DNA of 64,000 nt from positions 3,456,001-3,520,000 of the forward strand of contig OZ219747.1 of the NCBI GenBank assembly GCA_964291265.2, in the 5' to 3' direction. Shown here piece by piece: positions 19,995-32,864 of this stretch. This stretch comes from Alphaproteobacteria bacterium (lineage in GTDB: Bacteria; Pseudomonadota; Alphaproteobacteria; SP197). Numbering within the stretch: position 1 is the first letter of the stretch; the number at the start of each line of letters is the position of its first letter. Below the pieces are notes generated by a model that was not told where the DNA came from, did not search any database, and saw only the letters and a list, made by a program, of their open reading frames with translations. A program made the position numbers and the translations under genes.

Positions 19995-21101
19995 CTACGA
20001 GCGGCCCTGATCGGCCGGTTCGGGCCAGGCCAACCGGTCGAGGGTTCCCTTCTCGACGGCCTGGCGAAGTTCGCTCATGAAGTCCTGATAGAAGGTGATG
20101 TTGTGCAGGGACAGCAGGATCGGCCCCAGCATCTCGCCGCAGCGGAACAGGTGGTGCAGATAGGCTCTCGAATGGTCTCGACAGGTCGGGCAGCGGCAAT
20201 GGGGGTCGAGCGGCCGCGGGTCATCGCGATGACGGGCATTGCGGATATTGAGTGTCCCGTGCCTGAGGAAGGCCTGACCGGTTCTCCCCGAACGGCTGGG
20301 GAGAACGCAGTCGAACATGTCGATGCCTCGGGCCACCGCGCCGAGAATGTCGCCCGGGCGGCCCACCCCCATGAGATAGCGCGGGCTGTCTGCCGGCAGC
20401 TGGTCCACGACGCGGTCCAGGACCCGGAACATCTCCTCCTGCCCTTCCCCCACCGCCAGGCCACCGACAGCATAGCCCTCGAATCCGATGGACCGCAGCG
20501 CACGGGCGCTGGCAAGGCGCAGATCATCGTGCACGCCCCCCTGCACGATCCCGAAGAGGCCGCAGCCTTCCCGGGGGCGGAAGGCCGTCCTGCAGCGTTC
20601 GGCCCAGCGCATGGAGCGTTCCATGGACTGCAAGGCCCTTTCGTGCGTGGCCGGATGTTCGGTGCACTCGTCGAGAACCATGGTTACGGTCGAATCCAGA
20701 CAGTCCTGGATCTCCACCGATCGTTCAGGCGTGAGTTCATGCTGACTGCCGTCGACATGGCTGCGAAAGACGGCCCCCTCCTCGGTGACCTTGCTCAGCC
20801 CGCTGAGCGAAAAGATCTGGAAGCCGCCACTGTCCGTCAGGACGGGGCCGGGCCAGTTCATGAAACGCCTCAGCCCGCCCAGATCCCGGATTCTTCCCGC
20901 CCCGGGGCGCAGCATGAGATGATAGGTGTTGCCAAGAAGCATGGAGACCCCGGCTTCCTGCAGGTGGCCGGACATCACACCCTTGACGGTTGCAGCCGTC
21001 CCAACCGGCATGAACACCGGTGTCTCGACGTCGCCGTGGGCAGTCTCGAGGACACCGGTACGCGCCCTCCCGCAGGTCGTCCGGCAGCGCCAGGTCAGCA
21101 C
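19995..21101 (-). CDS. tgt: tRNA-guanine transglycosylase
   Basis: [35 protein letters not shown] and CxCxxC; probable GTG start at 21101. Confidence 0.97.
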   Translation of the reverse strand: MLTWRCRTTCGRARTGVLETAHGDVETPVFMPVGTAATVKGVMSGHLQEAGVSMLLGNTYHLMLRPGAGRIRDLGGLRRFMNWPGPVLTDSGGFQIFSLSGLSKVTEEGAVFRSHVDGSQHELTPERSVEIQDCLDSTVTMVLDECTEHPATHERALQSMERSMRWAERCRTAFRPREGCGLFGIVQGGVHDDLRLASARALRSIGFEGYAVGGLAVGEGQEEMFRVLDRVVDQLPADSPRYLMGVGRPGDILGAVARGIDMFDCVLPSRSGRTGQAFLRHGTLNIRNARHRDDPRPLDPHCRCPTCRDHSRAYLHHLFRCGEMLGPILLSLHNITFYQDFMSELRQAVEKGTLDRLAWPEPADQGRS

Positions 21102-22132
21102 GGCCGCTGCCTCGTCAGAAGACAGGCATCGCCGTAGCTGTAGAAGCGGTAGCCCCTGTCGATGGCGTCCCGGTAGGCTTGCTTCATGAGGCCGGTGCCG
21201 AGAAAGGCACACACGAGCATGAAGAGCGTTGAACGGGGAAGATGGAAGTTGGTGATCAGGGCGTCGACCACCCGGAACCTGTGACCTGGCGTGATGAAGA
21301 GCGTGGTGTTGCCGCGGTACGGTTGCACGACGCCGGAATCATCAGCCGCGCTTTCGAGAAGGCGCACGCAGGTCGTTCCGACGGCAACGATTCGCCCTCC
21401 GCACTGTCGCGCGGCATTGATCCGGGTTGCCGTCTCCGGGGAAATCTCTCCCCACTCCCCCTGCATCTCGTGATCGCGGACCATGTCCGTGCGGACCGGC
21501 ATGAAGGTGCCGGGGCCCACGTGCAAGGTGAGAGCGACACGCCCGACTCCCGCTGCGGCGAGGGCCTCAAGCAGCCGTTCGGTGAAGTGAAGTCCGGCGG
21601 TCGGAGCCGCAACAGCCCCGGCCCTGTGGGCGAAGACGGTCTGATAGTCACCGCGGTCGCGCCGGTCCGCGTGACGCCGGATGTAGGGCGGCAGTGGCAT
21701 CGCGCCGTGACGCTCGAGGTGGGCCAGAAACCTCTCCCTCGGCATGCCGACATCGAGAATGGCGGCTCCGTTCGCCTCCCTGACGACGACAGCGGCGGAC
21801 AGGTCTCCGGGCAACGAGACGCTCACGCCCGTCTTGAGCCTGCGCGCCGGCCGGGCGAGAACCCGCCACAGGTGGCCGCCTTCACAACCCACGCAGGTCA
21901 CCTCGACCGCGGAACCGGCACACTGTCCCTCCATGCGGACGGGCACGACCCGGGTATCGTTGACGACGAGAATGTCACCGGGATCGAGTAGCCGGGGAAG
22001 GTCTGCGAAGACGCGATGGTGCCGAACCCCTGATCCGTCAACACACAGGAGACGCGCCGCATCGCGAGGCGCCGCGGGGCGTGTCGCAATCCTGTCCGAG
22101 GGGAGTTCGAAGTCGAACGTATCGATCCGCAT
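21095..22132 (-). CDS. queA: S-adenosylmethionine:tRNA ribosyltransferase-isomerase
   Basis: [25 protein letters not shown] and YRFYSYGDA. Confidence 0.97.
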   Translation of the reverse strand: MRIDTFDFELPSDRIATRPAAPRDAARLLCVDGSGVRHHRVFADLPRLLDPGDILVVNDTRVVPVRMEGQCAGSAVEVTCVGCEGGHLWRVLARPARRLKTGVSVSLPGDLSAAVVVREANGAAILDVGMPRERFLAHLERHGAMPLPPYIRRHADRRDRGDYQTVFAHRAGAVAAPTAGLHFTERLLEALAAAGVGRVALTLHVGPGTFMPVRTDMVRDHEMQGEWGEISPETATRINAARQCGGRIVAVGTTCVRLLESAADDSGVVQPYRGNTTLFITPGHRFRVVDALITNFHLPRSTLFMLVCAFLGTGLMKQAYRDAIDRGYRFYSYGDACLLTRQRPC

Positions 22133-22137
22133 CGGCC

Positions 22138-22641
22138 TCAGGAGATGGCCCTGGTGAGCCGCCCGCCCACGCGTTCAGGAACGAAGCTCGAGAAATCGCC
22201 TCCCAGCAACGCCACCTCCTTGACCAGGCGCGATGAAATGAAGGTGTGGCGTTCCGAGGCCATGAGGAACACTGTTTCGACATCAGGCTCCATGCGGGCG
22301 TTCATGCCCGCCATCTGGAACTCGTAGTCGAAGTCGCTGACGGCACGCAGTCCGCGAACGATCACTCCGGCGCCGCACTCCTTGGCGAATGCCACGAGAA
22401 GACCGTTGATGGGACGCACATCGATGCTTGCAAGTCCTGCCGCGTCCTCAAGATCCGCGAGTTCCGTCTCGAGCATTTCCACGCGTTCGTCATAACCGAA
22501 GAGGGGATTCTTGCCGGTGTTGACAGCCACTCCGACGATGAGTCGGTCCACCAGGGTGCGGGCCCTCGAAATGATGTCGATATGCCCGTTGGTCACGGGG
22601 TCGAACGATCCCGGATAGACGCCAACTCTGCTCACATTCAT
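22138..22641 (-). CDS. coaD: Pantetheine-phosphate adenylyltransferase
   Basis: YPGSFDPVTNGH, RGLRAVSDFDYE and ISSRLVKE. Confidence 0.97.
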   Translation of the reverse strand: MNVSRVGVYPGSFDPVTNGHIDIISRARTLVDRLIVGVAVNTGKNPLFGYDERVEMLETELADLEDAAGLASIDVRPINGLLVAFAKECGAGVIVRGLRAVSDFDYEFQMAGMNARMEPDVETVFLMASERHTFISSRLVKEVALLGGDFSSFVPERVGGRLTRAIS

Positions 22642-22670
22642 CAAGCCTTCCCCGTATCGCCCCTGACGCG

Positions 22671-25355
22671 TCATGGATCCCCGTCGTCTTCTTCCTTGAC
22701 CAGTGCCACCGATACCACCTTCGTGCCCTCGGTAACGCGGAAGAGATGCACGCCACGGGTGTTGCGCCCGGCGATGCGTACCTCGTCGACGGGGCTGCGA
22801 ATCAGCTGGCCGCTGTCAGAGACGAGCACGACCTGGTCGCTGCCGACAACCGGAAAGGAGGCGACGACTTCGGCGCGATGAACCATCTCGCCACGCTCGA
22901 GTCCCATGTTGACGATTCCCTGCCCGCCACGTCCCGTGACGCGGTACTCGTAGGCCGAACTGCGCTTGCCCAGCCCGTCACTCGCCACCGTGAGCAGAAA
23001 CTGTTCCCTGTGGTGCAGTTCCTCGTAGACCTCGTCGGCAATGCCCGGCACGTCGTCCGTGTCTTCCTGATCGGAGCGCCGTTCGAGTCCCGCCCGTTTC
23101 AGGTAGGCCGCCCGGACATCCGGGTTGATGTCAATGTGATCAAGGATGGTCATGTCGATGACGGTGTCACCCTTGCCGAGACGGATTCCTCTCACGCCCG
23201 TGGAGGTCCGCCCGGCGAACATGCGGATGGCGTCAACGGGAAATCGGATGGCGCGTCCCTGGCGCGTGAACAGCAGGATATCCTGATCCTCGCGACAGGT
23301 CTTGACGCCAATCAGGCGCTCGCCTTCCTCCAGTTTCATGGCGATGAGGCCGTTCTTTCGGATGTTGGCAAAATCCGACAGCCGGTTGCGTCGCACGGTG
23401 CCTTGCGCCGTGGCGAACACCACGTGGAGATCGTCCCAGCTTGCCTCGTCGATCGGCATGGGCAGGACCGTCGAGATCGTCTCGCCGTCATCCAGGGGCA
23501 GAAGGTTGACAAAGGCCTTGCCGCGCGCCTGCGGTGTTGCCATGGGCAGGCGGTAGGTCTTCAGGCGGAAGACAAGGCCCGAGGTGGCAAAGAACAGGAC
23601 CCAGGCGTGGGTGTTGACCACGAACACCTGGTTGACGACATCCTCGTCTCGGATGGACATGCCGCTGCGTCCCTTGCCACCGCGCCTTTGCGCCCGGTAG
23701 TCAGCCAGCGGCACCCGCTTCACGTAACCGTTGAGACTGACGGTGACAACCATGTCCTCCGGCTGGATCAGGTCCTCGTCGGTCCTGTCGAACACCTCCT
23801 CGCCGAGTTCCGTGCGCCGTTCGTTCGCGAACTCCTCGCGCAACGCGACGAGTTCTCCGCGAATGAGCTCCATGAGGCGTTCCCGGGAGGACAGAATGGC
23901 GAGATGGCCTTCGATTTTCTCCGCCAACCCCTTGAGTTCAATGATGATCTTGTCTCTTTCCAGACCTGTCAGCCTTTGCAGACGCAGTTCCAAAATGGCG
24001 CGCGCCTGCTCCAGGGAGAGACGATAGACACCCTCTTCGCGCAACCGGACGAGGGACTCGGCGCCCTCGATCAGTCCGAGTACCGGTTCGACGATCTCGG
24101 CATGCCAGGGCCGCGCCATCAGCTGTGCACGGGCATCCTCCGGGTTGGCGGCATGGCGGATGAGCGTCACCACTTCGTCGACTTCCGTCACGGCGATGGC
24201 AAGACCGATCAGCTGATGCGCGCGTTCCTGCATGTGTGCCAGTTCATGACGCAGCCGCCGGGTGACCACGTTTTCGCGAAAACGGACGAACCGGCCAATG
24301 ATGTCGAGAAGCGACATCTGGCGTGGCCGTCCTGTCTCGTCCAGGGCCAGCATGTTGACTGCAAAGACGATCTGCAGCGGCGTGTAGTGCCACAGCTGGT
24401 TGAGCACCACATCGGACATCGCATCGCGCTTGAGCTCGATCACCACCCGGACTCCGTGGCGGTCGCTCTCGTCGCGCAGTTCGTGGATCCCTTCCACGCG
24501 CTTGTCACGGACCAGTTCGGAGATGCGCTCGATCAGCCGTGCCTTGTTCACCTGGTAGGGAACCTCGGTCACGATGATCGCTTCGCGTCCCTTGCGCACC
24601 TCCTCGATGTGAGTGCGGGCGCGCACGACGATCCGCCCCTTTCCCGAAAGATAGGCATCCCGCACGCCAGCCTGTCCCATGACCATCCCTCCGGTGGGAA
24701 AGTCGGGACACGGCACGTAGCGCAGGAGTTCACCTGCATCGATCATGGGATCGTCGATGAACGCGCAACATGCATCGATCACCTCACCCAGATTGTGAGG
24801 CGGAATGTTGGTGGCCATGCCCACCGCGATACCGGTGCTGCCGTTGACGACGAGGTTGGGAAAGCAGGCCGGCAACACCACCGGCTCCGTCTCGCTGCCA
24901 TCGTAGTTGTCGCGAAAATCCACCGTGTCGTGGTCGATGTCGGAAAGCAGGCTCGACGCGATGCGGGCCAGCCTGGCCTCGGTGTAGCGCATGGCGGCCG
25001 GCGGGTCCGCATCCATGGAACCGAAGTTCCCCTGGCCATCGACAAGCGGCGAACGCATGGTGAAGGTCTGCGCCATCCTCACCATGGCATCGTAGATCGC
25101 ACTGTCACCGTGAGGATGGTAACGGGCCATCACGTCGCCGACGATGCGGGCAGACTTGCGGTATGGACGATCGGCCGTGTAGCCGGCTTCGCCCATCGCG
25201 TGGAGAATGCGCCTCTGGACTGGCTTGAGGCCATCGCGAACGTCAGGAAGGGCCCGCGACACGATGACGCTCATGGCGTAGTCAAGGTAGCTCCTGCGCA
25301 GTTCATCCTCGATGGAAACCGGCGCGATGGCGTCCGAAGAAGCCGGATCGATCAC
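22671..25355 (-). CDS. gyrA: DNA gyrase subunit A
   Basis: YHPHGD, AAMRYTE and GyrA-box QRRGGKG. Confidence 0.98.
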   Translation of the reverse strand: MIDPASSDAIAPVSIEDELRRSYLDYAMSVIVSRALPDVRDGLKPVQRRILHAMGEAGYTADRPYRKSARIVGDVMARYHPHGDSAIYDAMVRMAQTFTMRSPLVDGQGNFGSMDADPPAAMRYTEARLARIASSLLSDIDHDTVDFRDNYDGSETEPVVLPACFPNLVVNGSTGIAVGMATNIPPHNLGEVIDACCAFIDDPMIDAGELLRYVPCPDFPTGGMVMGQAGVRDAYLSGKGRIVVRARTHIEEVRKGREAIIVTEVPYQVNKARLIERISELVRDKRVEGIHELRDESDRHGVRVVIELKRDAMSDVVLNQLWHYTPLQIVFAVNMLALDETGRPRQMSLLDIIGRFVRFRENVVTRRLRHELAHMQERAHQLIGLAIAVTEVDEVVTLIRHAANPEDARAQLMARPWHAEIVEPVLGLIEGAESLVRLREEGVYRLSLEQARAILELRLQRLTGLERDKIIIELKGLAEKIEGHLAILSSRERLMELIRGELVALREEFANERRTELGEEVFDRTDEDLIQPEDMVVTVSLNGYVKRVPLADYRAQRRGGKGRSGMSIRDEDVVNQVFVVNTHAWVLFFATSGLVFRLKTYRLPMATPQARGKAFVNLLPLDDGETISTVLPMPIDEASWDDLHVVFATAQGTVRRNRLSDFANIRKNGLIAMKLEEGERLIGVKTCREDQDILLFTRQGRAIRFPVDAIRMFAGRTSTGVRGIRLGKGDTVIDMTILDHIDINPDVRAAYLKRAGLERRSDQEDTDDVPGIADEVYEELHHREQFLLTVASDGLGKRSSAYEYRVTGRGGQGIVNMGLERGEMVHRAEVVASFPVVGSDQVVLVSDSGQLIRSPVDEVRIAGRNTRGVHLFRVTEGTKVVSVALVKEEDDGDP

Positions 25356-25399
25356 GTTACCTCCCGCTACGCGCCGTCAACTCGCCACCGACGTAGCGA

Positions 25400-25876
25400 T
25401 CAGAATGGAATGCCGTCGTCGAAATCCGATGGAGGCTCTTCCGAGACGGCCGGGCCGGAACTGGGAACCTCGCTCCACGGCGTCTGCCGCGGACCGCCAC
25501 CGTCGTCGACGCGGGGTGCGCCCCCTCCCCGACTGTCGAGCATCACCATCGTGCCGCCATAGCCTCGCACCACGACTTCCGTCGTATAGCGATCCTGACC
25601 GCTCTGGTCCTGCCACTTGCGGGTCTGCAACTCACCCTCGATGTAGACCTTCGAACCCTTCCTCAGGTAGCGCTCGGCAATCTCCGCCACCTTGCCGAAG
25701 ATGGCGACCCGGTGCCACTCGGTGCGTTCCCTTTTCTCGCCCGTCTGTCTGTCGTTCCAGGTCTGGCTGGTGGCGAGCCCCAGGTTGGCGACGGCGTCTC
25801 CCGACGTCATCCGGCGGATTTCCGGATCACGCCCGAGGTTGCCCACCAGTATGACCTTGTTGACACTTCCCGCCAT
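25400..25876 (-). CDS. ssb: Single-stranded DNA-binding protein
   Basis: [19 protein letters not shown] and acidic tail DFDDGIPF. Confidence 0.97.
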   Translation of the reverse strand: MAGSVNKVILVGNLGRDPEIRRMTSGDAVANLGLATSQTWNDRQTGEKRERTEWHRVAIFGKVAEIAERYLRKGSKVYIEGELQTRKWQDQSGQDRYTTEVVVRGYGGTMVMLDSRGGGAPRVDDGGGPRQTPWSEVPSSGPAVSEEPPSDFDDGIPF

Positions 25877-26037
25877 CTGGCATCTCCACGTGAGGGGCCG
25901 GTGAATTGAGTGCAGCCATGAGCATATCAGGGGTTTGCCGACCGCGCATAAAGAACTGCACCGCCTATCCACAGTCCAGCCCCTTGCAAGGCAGCGCGCT
26001 CCGCCATTAAGAAGGCAGGGGACGACATGGAAACGCC

Positions 26038-28893
26038 ATGAACACGAGCATCCGCGTACGGGGTGCGCGGGAGCACAACCTCAAGGGCATCAACGTCGAG
26101 TTTCCCCGCGACCGTCTGATCGTCATGACCGGACTGAGCGGATCGGGAAAGTCGTCCCTTGCCTTCGACACCATCTATGCCGAAGGTCAGAGGCGCTATG
26201 TCGAGAGCCTGAGCGCCTATGCGCGCCAGTTTCTCGAGATGATGGAAAAACCCGACGTCGAGCACATCGACGGCCTGTCACCAGCGATCTCGATCGAGCA
26301 GAAGACAACCTCGAAGAATCCGCGTTCGACGGTTGGCACGGTGACGGAGATTCACGACTACATGCGCCTCCTGTGGGCCAGGGTCGGCGTTCCCTGGTCG
26401 CCCGCGACCGGACTGCCGATCGAAAGCCAGTCGGTCAGCCAGATGGTCGACCGGATCATGGACATGGCCGATGGCTCGCGGCTCATGCTGCTTGCTCCCG
26501 TGGTGCGGGGTCGCAAGGGCGAATACCGCAAGGAACTTGGCGAACTGCTGAGGTCGGGATTTCAACGTGCAAGAATCGACGGTGCCGTCCACATGATCGA
26601 GGACGCCCCCCGCCTCGACAAGAAACGCAGGCACACCATCGAGGTCGTGGTCGACCGGGTCATCAAGCGCGAAGGACTGGAAGGGCGGCTGGCGGACTCC
26701 ATCGAGACGGTCCTCGGCCTATCCGACGGACTCCTTGTCGTCGTCGATGTCGACAGCGACGAGGAGATGACTCTCTCCTCGCGTTTTGCCTGCCCCGTAT
26801 CGGGTTTCACGATCGAGGAGATCGAACCCCGACTGTTTTCCTTCAACAACCCGTTCGGCGCCTGCCCGGAGTGCAGCGGTATCGGTACCCGCCTCGTCTT
26901 CGACGTCGATCTCATCGTTCCCGACCACCGGCGCAGCCTCGACGGTGGCGCCATCGTTCCCTGGCAGCGCAGTTCCAGTCTCTACTACAGACGGGCCATG
27001 CGCTCGGTAGCCCGGCACTACGGTGCGTCTCTTCATACGCCCTGGAGGGACCTGCCTGCGGACATGCGCACCATGCTTCTCGAGGGATCGGGCAACGACA
27101 GGATCCGGTGGACGGAGGAATTCGGCGAAGAAGACGATCTCTCCGAATTCCGGGCGCCATTCAGAGGCGTGATTCCGGGACTCGAAAAGCGTCTCAGGGA
27201 GACGTCGAGCGAGCATGTGCGCGAGGAACTCGGTCGCTATCAGGCCATGACCACCTGCGAGGCCTGCACGGGTTTCCGTCTCAAGCCGGAAGCCCTTGCC
27301 GTGCGAATCGCAGGCAAGCATATCGCCGAAGTCTCGGAGTATTCGATTGGCGATGCCCAGCGCTGGTTTGCCGGAGTGGAGAGGACGCTGACCGCCCAGC
27401 AGGCCGAGATCGCTAGGCGCATCCTTGCCGAGATCAACGATCGTCTGACCTTCCTCAGCCGGGTGGGTCTCGACTACCTGGCGCTGTCGCGTCGTTCGGG
27501 TACGCTGTCCGGCGGCGAGGGCCAGCGCATCAGACTCGCGTCCCAGATCGGATCGGGACTGACCGGCGTCCTCTATGTGCTGGATGAACCGTCGATTGGC
27601 CTGCACCAGAGAGACAACCAGCGGCTGCTCGAGACCCTGACCGATCTGCGCAATCTCGGGAACACCGTGATCGTCGTCGAACACGACGAGGAAGCCATTC
27701 GTGCCGCCGACCATGTGATCGATCTCGGCCCTGGCGCCGGTGAACACGGCGGTCACATCGTCGCCGAGGGAACACCGGCCGACGTCATGGCAACCGAGGC
27801 GAGTCTGACCGGTCAGTATCTTGTCGGCGCACGCCGGATCGACATCCCGGCCATCCGGCGCGGAACAGACCGGTTCCTGACCCTCGCCGGAGCGACGGCC
27901 AACAACCTCAAGGCCATCAGCGCCCGCTTTCCGTTGGGCGCCCTCACCTGCGTGACCGGAGTGTCGGGCAGCGGCAAGTCGACCCTGGTGAACGAAACCC
28001 TCTACCTCGCTCTCCACAACCATCTCGGATCACATCATCATGCGGCAGGGGCCCACACGGCACTCGAAGGCGCCGACATGTTCGACAAGGTGGTGGACAT
28101 CGACCAGTCGCCGATCGGCCGGACCCCGCGGTCCAATCCGGCCACCTATACCGGCGCCTTCACGCCCATACGCGAGTGGTTTGCCGGACTGCCGGAATCG
28201 AAGGCGCGGGGCTACCAGCCCGGGCGGTTCAGCTTCAATGTCGAAGGCGGGCGCTGCGAGGCCTGCCGCGGCGATGGGCTCCTGCGTATCGAAATGCACT
28301 TTCTCGCCGACGTCTACGTCCAGTGCGACACCTGCCGGGGCCGGCGCTACAACCGGGAAACCCTCGAGATCAGGTTCCGCGGCAAGTCGATCGCTGACGT
28401 GCTCGACATGACCGTCGAGGAAGGACGCGATTTCTTCCAGGCCGTTCCGGCCATCCGCTCGAAACTGGACATGCTGATGCGCGTCGGACTGGGTTACGTC
28501 AGGATCGGCCAGCCGGCAACGACGCTCTCGGGCGGGGAGGCACAGCGGGTCAAGCTGGCCAAGGAACTCTCGCGGCGCGCCACCGGACGCACTCTCTACA
28601 TTCTCGACGAACCGACCACGGGTCTTCACTTCGACGACGTGCGCAAGCTCCTTGAGGTTCTGCACGCCCTGGTCGATGCCGGCAACACCGTGGTCGTGAT
28701 CGAACACAACCTCGAAGTGATCAAGACCGCCGACTGGATTGTCGATCTCGGGCCCGAAGGCGGTGACGGCGGCGGTCACATCGTCGCCGAGGGAACGCCG
28801 GAAGTCGTCGCCGGGGTCCCGGCCAGCCACACGGGTCGCTATCTCGCCGGCATTCTCTGCGACGCCGGTACGGTCACGGCCGCCGCGGAGTAG
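26038..28893 (+). CDS. uvrA: Excinuclease ABC subunit A
   Basis: Two ABC domains ([16 protein letters not shown]), zinc fingers, LSGGEAQR; divergent from ssb. Confidence 0.98.
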   Translation: MNTSIRVRGAREHNLKGINVEFPRDRLIVMTGLSGSGKSSLAFDTIYAEGQRRYVESLSAYARQFLEMMEKPDVEHIDGLSPAISIEQKTTSKNPRSTVGTVTEIHDYMRLLWARVGVPWSPATGLPIESQSVSQMVDRIMDMADGSRLMLLAPVVRGRKGEYRKELGELLRSGFQRARIDGAVHMIEDAPRLDKKRRHTIEVVVDRVIKREGLEGRLADSIETVLGLSDGLLVVVDVDSDEEMTLSSRFACPVSGFTIEEIEPRLFSFNNPFGACPECSGIGTRLVFDVDLIVPDHRRSLDGGAIVPWQRSSSLYYRRAMRSVARHYGASLHTPWRDLPADMRTMLLEGSGNDRIRWTEEFGEEDDLSEFRAPFRGVIPGLEKRLRETSSEHVREELGRYQAMTTCEACTGFRLKPEALAVRIAGKHIAEVSEYSIGDAQRWFAGVERTLTAQQAEIARRILAEINDRLTFLSRVGLDYLALSRRSGTLSGGEGQRIRLASQIGSGLTGVLYVLDEPSIGLHQRDNQRLLETLTDLRNLGNTVIVVEHDEEAIRAADHVIDLGPGAGEHGGHIVAEGTPADVMATEASLTGQYLVGARRIDIPAIRRGTDRFLTLAGATANNLKAISARFPLGALTCVTGVSGSGKSTLVNETLYLALHNHLGSHHHAAGAHTALEGADMFDKVVDIDQSPIGRTPRSNPATYTGAFTPIREWFAGLPESKARGYQPGRFSFNVEGGRCEACRGDGLLRIEMHFLADVYVQCDTCRGRRYNRETLEIRFRGKSIADVLDMTVEEGRDFFQAVPAIRSKLDMLMRVGLGYVRIGQPATTLSGGEAQRVKLAKELSRRATGRTLYILDEPTTGLHFDDVRKLLEVLHALVDAGNTVVVIEHNLEVIKTADWIVDLGPEGGDGGGHIVAEGTPEVVAGVPASHTGRYLAGILCDAGTVTAAAE

Positions 28894-28914
28894 ACGCTCC
28901 GGCCATCGTGCGCC

Positions 28915-29943
28915 TCACTCGGCAGGTGACTTGCCGCGTTCGGGAGTTGTCGCGGCTGATCGTGCTGCCAAGCGGCGGCGCAGTCTGGTCCATGACTCCG
29001 GGGTGCCGTCGTGATAGCTGCCGAACCACTTGTCCATCGGCACCAGCTGGTTGCCGTAGTTGCAGTTGTAGTAGCGATGGTGAAGCGTGTGGAAGAAGCT
29101 CCCTGCGTAGTGAACCGGCTGGCCACGCACCAGGATGGAATCGAAACCCGCATGGGAGGATGCTGCCTGCAGGGTGTTGTACTGCCCGTGGAAGAGGACA
29201 TGCACCGGGTGCGACAGCACCACGGCATGAATGAAGACGCCCGAAAGGTAGATGATGTGCTCGATCGGGTGCATCGACAGGCCGGACCAGGGTCCGACAG
29301 TCACATTGCGGTGATGCAGGGCGTGGGCGATGCCGAAGAGCGGCTTCCAGTGAAGCAGCCGGTGGATGAAGTAGAAGTGCACGGCCGACCAGAAGGGAAT
29401 GATCACGAACCAAGCCACGAAGAGAACCGGATTCTCGTGCCAGACGAGGAAACGCGGAAACCAGCCGTTGGCATAGCCCCACATCATGATCGCCTCGTAG
29501 GCCGTCCAGATCCCGACGCCACTGGTGCATGACCAGAAGATGTTGTCGCGGGTCTGATTTCCGGTGAAGAACCGGGCATCCTTGCGGGCCAGGTCGCGGG
29601 AGTCGAACTTTCGCCGGTCACCCTGGGCGCGGCATACATGAAAATAGAGATGCAGCCCCCCGGCGACCAGGATCATGAGACCGAGGTTGCGCAGGTACAT
29701 CCAGGCAATCCAGCCGGCTTCCAGTTCCCGGCACCGCTCCAGGGCCGGCTGCGTGAATTCCCAGACCAGGATCGCGAGAATGGCAAAGGGCACGACCTGC
29801 GACCACATGAAGGCCAGCGACACCAGGTACCGCAGGGCCCTGAGTGGCCGCCAGGGCCAGTCGAACACTGGTACGACGGGCATCGGGATGTCTGGATGCC
29901 AGGCCCAGTCGCGATTGCGCCTGGCTGAGGTGGAAACGGCCAT
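28915..29943 (-). CDS. Sterol desaturase / fatty acid hydroxylase superfamily protein
   Basis: His boxes HRLLH, HALHH and HTLHH, NYG, multiple TM segments. Confidence 0.88.
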   Translation of the reverse strand: MAVSTSARRNRDWAWHPDIPMPVVPVFDWPWRPLRALRYLVSLAFMWSQVVPFAILAILVWEFTQPALERCRELEAGWIAWMYLRNLGLMILVAGGLHLYFHVCRAQGDRRKFDSRDLARKDARFFTGNQTRDNIFWSCTSGVGIWTAYEAIMMWGYANGWFPRFLVWHENPVLFVAWFVIIPFWSAVHFYFIHRLLHWKPLFGIAHALHHRNVTVGPWSGLSMHPIEHIIYLSGVFIHAVVLSHPVHVLFHGQYNTLQAASSHAGFDSILVRGQPVHYAGSFFHTLHHRYYNCNYGNQLVPMDKWFGSYHDGTPESWTRLRRRLAARSAATTPERGKSPAE

Positions 29944-30091
29944 GACCTGATCCCCCTGCCGTCCGGAACCACGGGCAAACGGTAACCACATCCTGCAACG
30001 CCTGACAACCCGTTTTCTCAGTCGAATCCGCGTCGGGACAGTGCCACGACTCCGCCCGAGGCCGGCACGGCAAGAACGCCGTGAGCAAACG

Positions 30092-32519
30092 CTGTCTATT
30101 AGTCATAAATCGTGCAGGACGTGATCGTGTCCTTCCGACGTCGGGTCCAGATCGAGGGCCTCGAGCAGGCATTCATAGGCCAGGGCAGCGGTGGCCAGTC
30201 GCGGATAGCCATGCCACATCGTCTGGTTGCCCGGCGGCGGATCATGCTTGCGGTCCAGATACCCGCCAAGGATCGCCACCAGCTTCACCGCCGCCCCCAG
30301 TGTGTCGGGCGGGTCCAGCCGGTATCGCCGGGCATAGTCACCGAGGAAGCGGAGTTCCAGGTCCGAGAACAGGCAGTCGGGCTTCATCGTCGGCACGTCG
30401 CGCCCGAGCAGGGTCATCAGGGCAAGACGCCAGGCGATCACGGCGTGGATGGTGATCTGCCGTTCCAGGCGGCAGGCCTTGCGCGTCGCCAGGTGCTCCA
30501 CCCGACAGCCGGACTTCAGCACCCGGAACCAGCATTCGATCCGCCAGCGCAGCGCGTACCAGCCGACGATCTCCCGGGCCGCTTCGGCGTGGTCCACCGG
30601 AAGGTCGGTCAACAGGAACCATTCCACCGGAGCTTCCCCGGCCGGCGGGGCCGTCTCGAGGAGATGCAGCGCGGTCACGGCCACGGGCGCGGCATCGGGG
30701 CAGCCGGCAGTCGCCGGCAGCGTGGTCGACAACCAGCGCAATTCCAGCACCGCGTTCCGCCGGGCAGTGCGGCCGGGCTGCTTCTTGCGCCCCGAGGACT
30801 TCGGCCGGGCCGTCAGGCGGGGTATGTCGATCTGCATGGTGCCGCGGCAGGCAGACGTACGTAGTCGGGTGAACAGCTTCGCAGCCCCGCGCTTGAGAAC
30901 CCGGTCATGTCGAGCCCGCACCAGCATCGACAGACGGCGATGCTGCCGGCACCGGTCGAACAGTTCGAAGAAGTCCGCTTCCCGGTCCATCACGCACACG
31001 ACCTTCACCCCGGTCGTCCGGGCCGCGAGGTCCGCGATGTCGTCGAGACCGTCGAGCCAGCGCTGCGACTTGCGCCGGGACATCTCGATATCCTCGCCCG
31101 AACCGGTCTTTGCCCGGGGGCGGGGAGGAGCGTCGAAGGCAAGACGCGCCACCCCCAGCGGCAGGCCTTCGCCGCTGACAACGTAGCTGGCGTGCAGGTG
31201 CAGGCCCAGGGTCTGCGAGGCCGTCTGGTTCGTGCCGATGATGCCCAGACCGTCGCAGCCCGGACGGGTCGCGAAGTTCAGGTCCGTCCCGTCCTGAATG
31301 CACAACGCCACCCGCTGGCCGCACATCCGCTGCACCGTTCGTTGACGGTGCGGCGCCAGGATGTTCGCCGGGGTCACCGCCGACGTCTCCGGCTGATCCA
31401 GGAACCGATAACAGGCCCGGACACCAGCAGGGTCCGGGCGCGCCAGACCGCTGTAGGACGACATCGGACTCTCTCCCTGTCTTCGTGCAATCTCCACCAG
31501 GCGCGCACTCAGACGCCGGTCGCCGATCGGCGCTCCCCCGAACTCGTGGTGCGCCCACGCCGAGGCGTCCAGACCCTCCCCCGGGGACAGGGCCGGCATC
31601 GGCTCCGCCACCCCCAGCTTGTGCCGCCAGTCCCGGTCCAGAACGTACATGTACACGGCCTTGACGCTCTCGGCCATCTCGCGCGCGCGGTCCTGACGGC
31701 CTCGGCCCCGGGTGAACCCCACGAGCTGCCAGTTCGCCGCCCGCAGGCTCGCACCGTCGCGCGTCGGGTCGACATAGGTCTCGACCAGCCAGGGCAGGAA
31801 CCCGTAGCGCTGCGCAACATCGGCGCCCAGGCGAGACAGGCACATCGACAGCGCCTTCGACGCAAGGTTCGCAACCGGCACCCGGATCAGAAACCGGCTC
31901 ATCGACAGCACCCGGTGTCGCTCCGCACGACGCCGGTCGGCATCCCAGCCGATCCAGGCATCCCGATCCGCCACCTTCAGCGCCGCTGCGGCAAAGCCGA
32001 AACCGCCGAGACAGCCGTGAGCGGAATCCACCAGATAGCGCAGCTGATGACCGGCCAGAATGGGGGCGCCGAGAAAGTGCTCCCGCGCCATCAGTTCGTT
32101 CCAGAGCGCCCGTTCGGCATCCGTGCGCACCAGCAGGATCCGCAGACCCTGGATCGCCGCCACGCTCGCCGGCACATCACGCGGCTTCTCCACCGCCTCG
32201 CCGAGCCGGCGGGGCGTTGCCCGACGCCGCTGACCGGAGGGCTCCGGCAAGCCCTCGATCCTGCCCTGCGATGCCAGCTGCTTCAGGGCCACGACACAGC
32301 TCGATACCCGCTCGCGTCCCCGTGCGTCCCGCAGGCCGAAGTGCCGGCACACTTCCAGCGCCAGGCGGTTTTGACTACTATCGCCGCTCTCGGTGACGAT
32401 CGACTGCAGGCGATCGAGCTGGTCCTCAAGGACGCGTTTGATCGGAATGTGTGCTTCCATGCAGGGCAGGGTGCACCATCCGAATCATCATGTTCAGCAC
32501 GATTTATGACCCAGGGTAG
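30092..32519 (-). mobile_element. IS4-family (IS50/Tn5-like) insertion sequence with DUF4338 fusion, copy 1
   Basis: IR CTGTCTATTAGTCATAAATCGTGC and CTACCCTGGGTCATAAATCGTGC; 8-bp TSD AGCAAACG/AGCAAGCG (1 mismatch). Confidence 0.88.
30103..32460 (-). CDS. DUF4338 (DruA-like) domain fused to an IS50/Tn5-like DDE transposase, 785 aa
   Basis: N-terminal HFLG...RDAWIGW...SRFLI...NLAS...ETYVD...AANW; then WAHHEFG...GDRRL, IQDGT, VMDREAD and YALRWRIECWFRVLK (YREK). Confidence 0.9.
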   Translation of the reverse strand: MEAHIPIKRVLEDQLDRLQSIVTESGDSSQNRLALEVCRHFGLRDARGRERVSSCVVALKQLASQGRIEGLPEPSGQRRRATPRRLGEAVEKPRDVPASVAAIQGLRILLVRTDAERALWNELMAREHFLGAPILAGHQLRYLVDSAHGCLGGFGFAAAALKVADRDAWIGWDADRRRAERHRVLSMSRFLIRVPVANLASKALSMCLSRLGADVAQRYGFLPWLVETYVDPTRDGASLRAANWQLVGFTRGRGRQDRAREMAESVKAVYMYVLDRDWRHKLGVAEPMPALSPGEGLDASAWAHHEFGGAPIGDRRLSARLVEIARRQGESPMSSYSGLARPDPAGVRACYRFLDQPETSAVTPANILAPHRQRTVQRMCGQRVALCIQDGTDLNFATRPGCDGLGIIGTNQTASQTLGLHLHASYVVSGEGLPLGVARLAFDAPPRPRAKTGSGEDIEMSRRKSQRWLDGLDDIADLAARTTGVKVVCVMDREADFFELFDRCRQHRRLSMLVRARHDRVLKRGAAKLFTRLRTSACRGTMQIDIPRLTARPKSSGRKKQPGRTARRNAVLELRWLSTTLPATAGCPDAAPVAVTALHLLETAPPAGEAPVEWFLLTDLPVDHAEAAREIVGWYALRWRIECWFRVLKSGCRVEHLATRKACRLERQITIHAVIAWRLALMTLLGRDVPTMKPDCLFSDLELRFLGDYARRYRLDPPDTLGAAVKLVAILGGYLDRKHDPPPGNQTMWHGYPRLATAALAYECLLEALDLDPTSEGHDHVLHDL

Positions 32520-32520
32520 A

Positions 32521-32641
32521 GCAAGCGTTCGGTCACTCAGTGACAGGGGGGGCATCATGGACCTGAGCGAATACGGGCGACAAAACCGGGACAATGCGCA
32601 GTATGTCACTGTCATGTCCATCTTCGTGACCGAACGCTTGC
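32521..32641. mobile_element. IS66-type MITE (121 bp)
   Basis: Perfect 16-bp IR GCAAGCGTTCGGTCAC at 32521-32536 and 32626-32641. Confidence 0.7.
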
Positions 32642-32864
32642 CGAGTGCCTGCTTGATGATGTGCTGACCGGCCGGAGATGACGGGACGATCGATGCGCCG
32701 TGCGGATTGGCCCGGCGTCAACACGGACCCGGCCATCCTCGATCGTCCGGTCCCCGGTGCTCTCGGGCGCGACACGTCAGGGCTTTTCTTTTGTCGTCCC
32801 GGCGCTCGGCGCACGCAGGATTCTGGGGGTGGACATCCCGTTTTCGCTGTGGCAGTGTGCCGGC

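Noticed and set aside
22746-25562. 938-aa + strand ORF, and similar long ORFs at 72-941, 6245-7765, 12249-13472, 30907-32667, 33593-35242 and 40631-42064
   Set aside because: Antisense shadows of real genes, expected from high-GC codon bias; no domain motifs.
25877-26037. LexA box between ssb and uvrA
   Set aside because: Only a single GAAC is seen; the alphaproteobacterial GTTC-N7-GTTC / GAAC-N7-GAAC repeat is not present.
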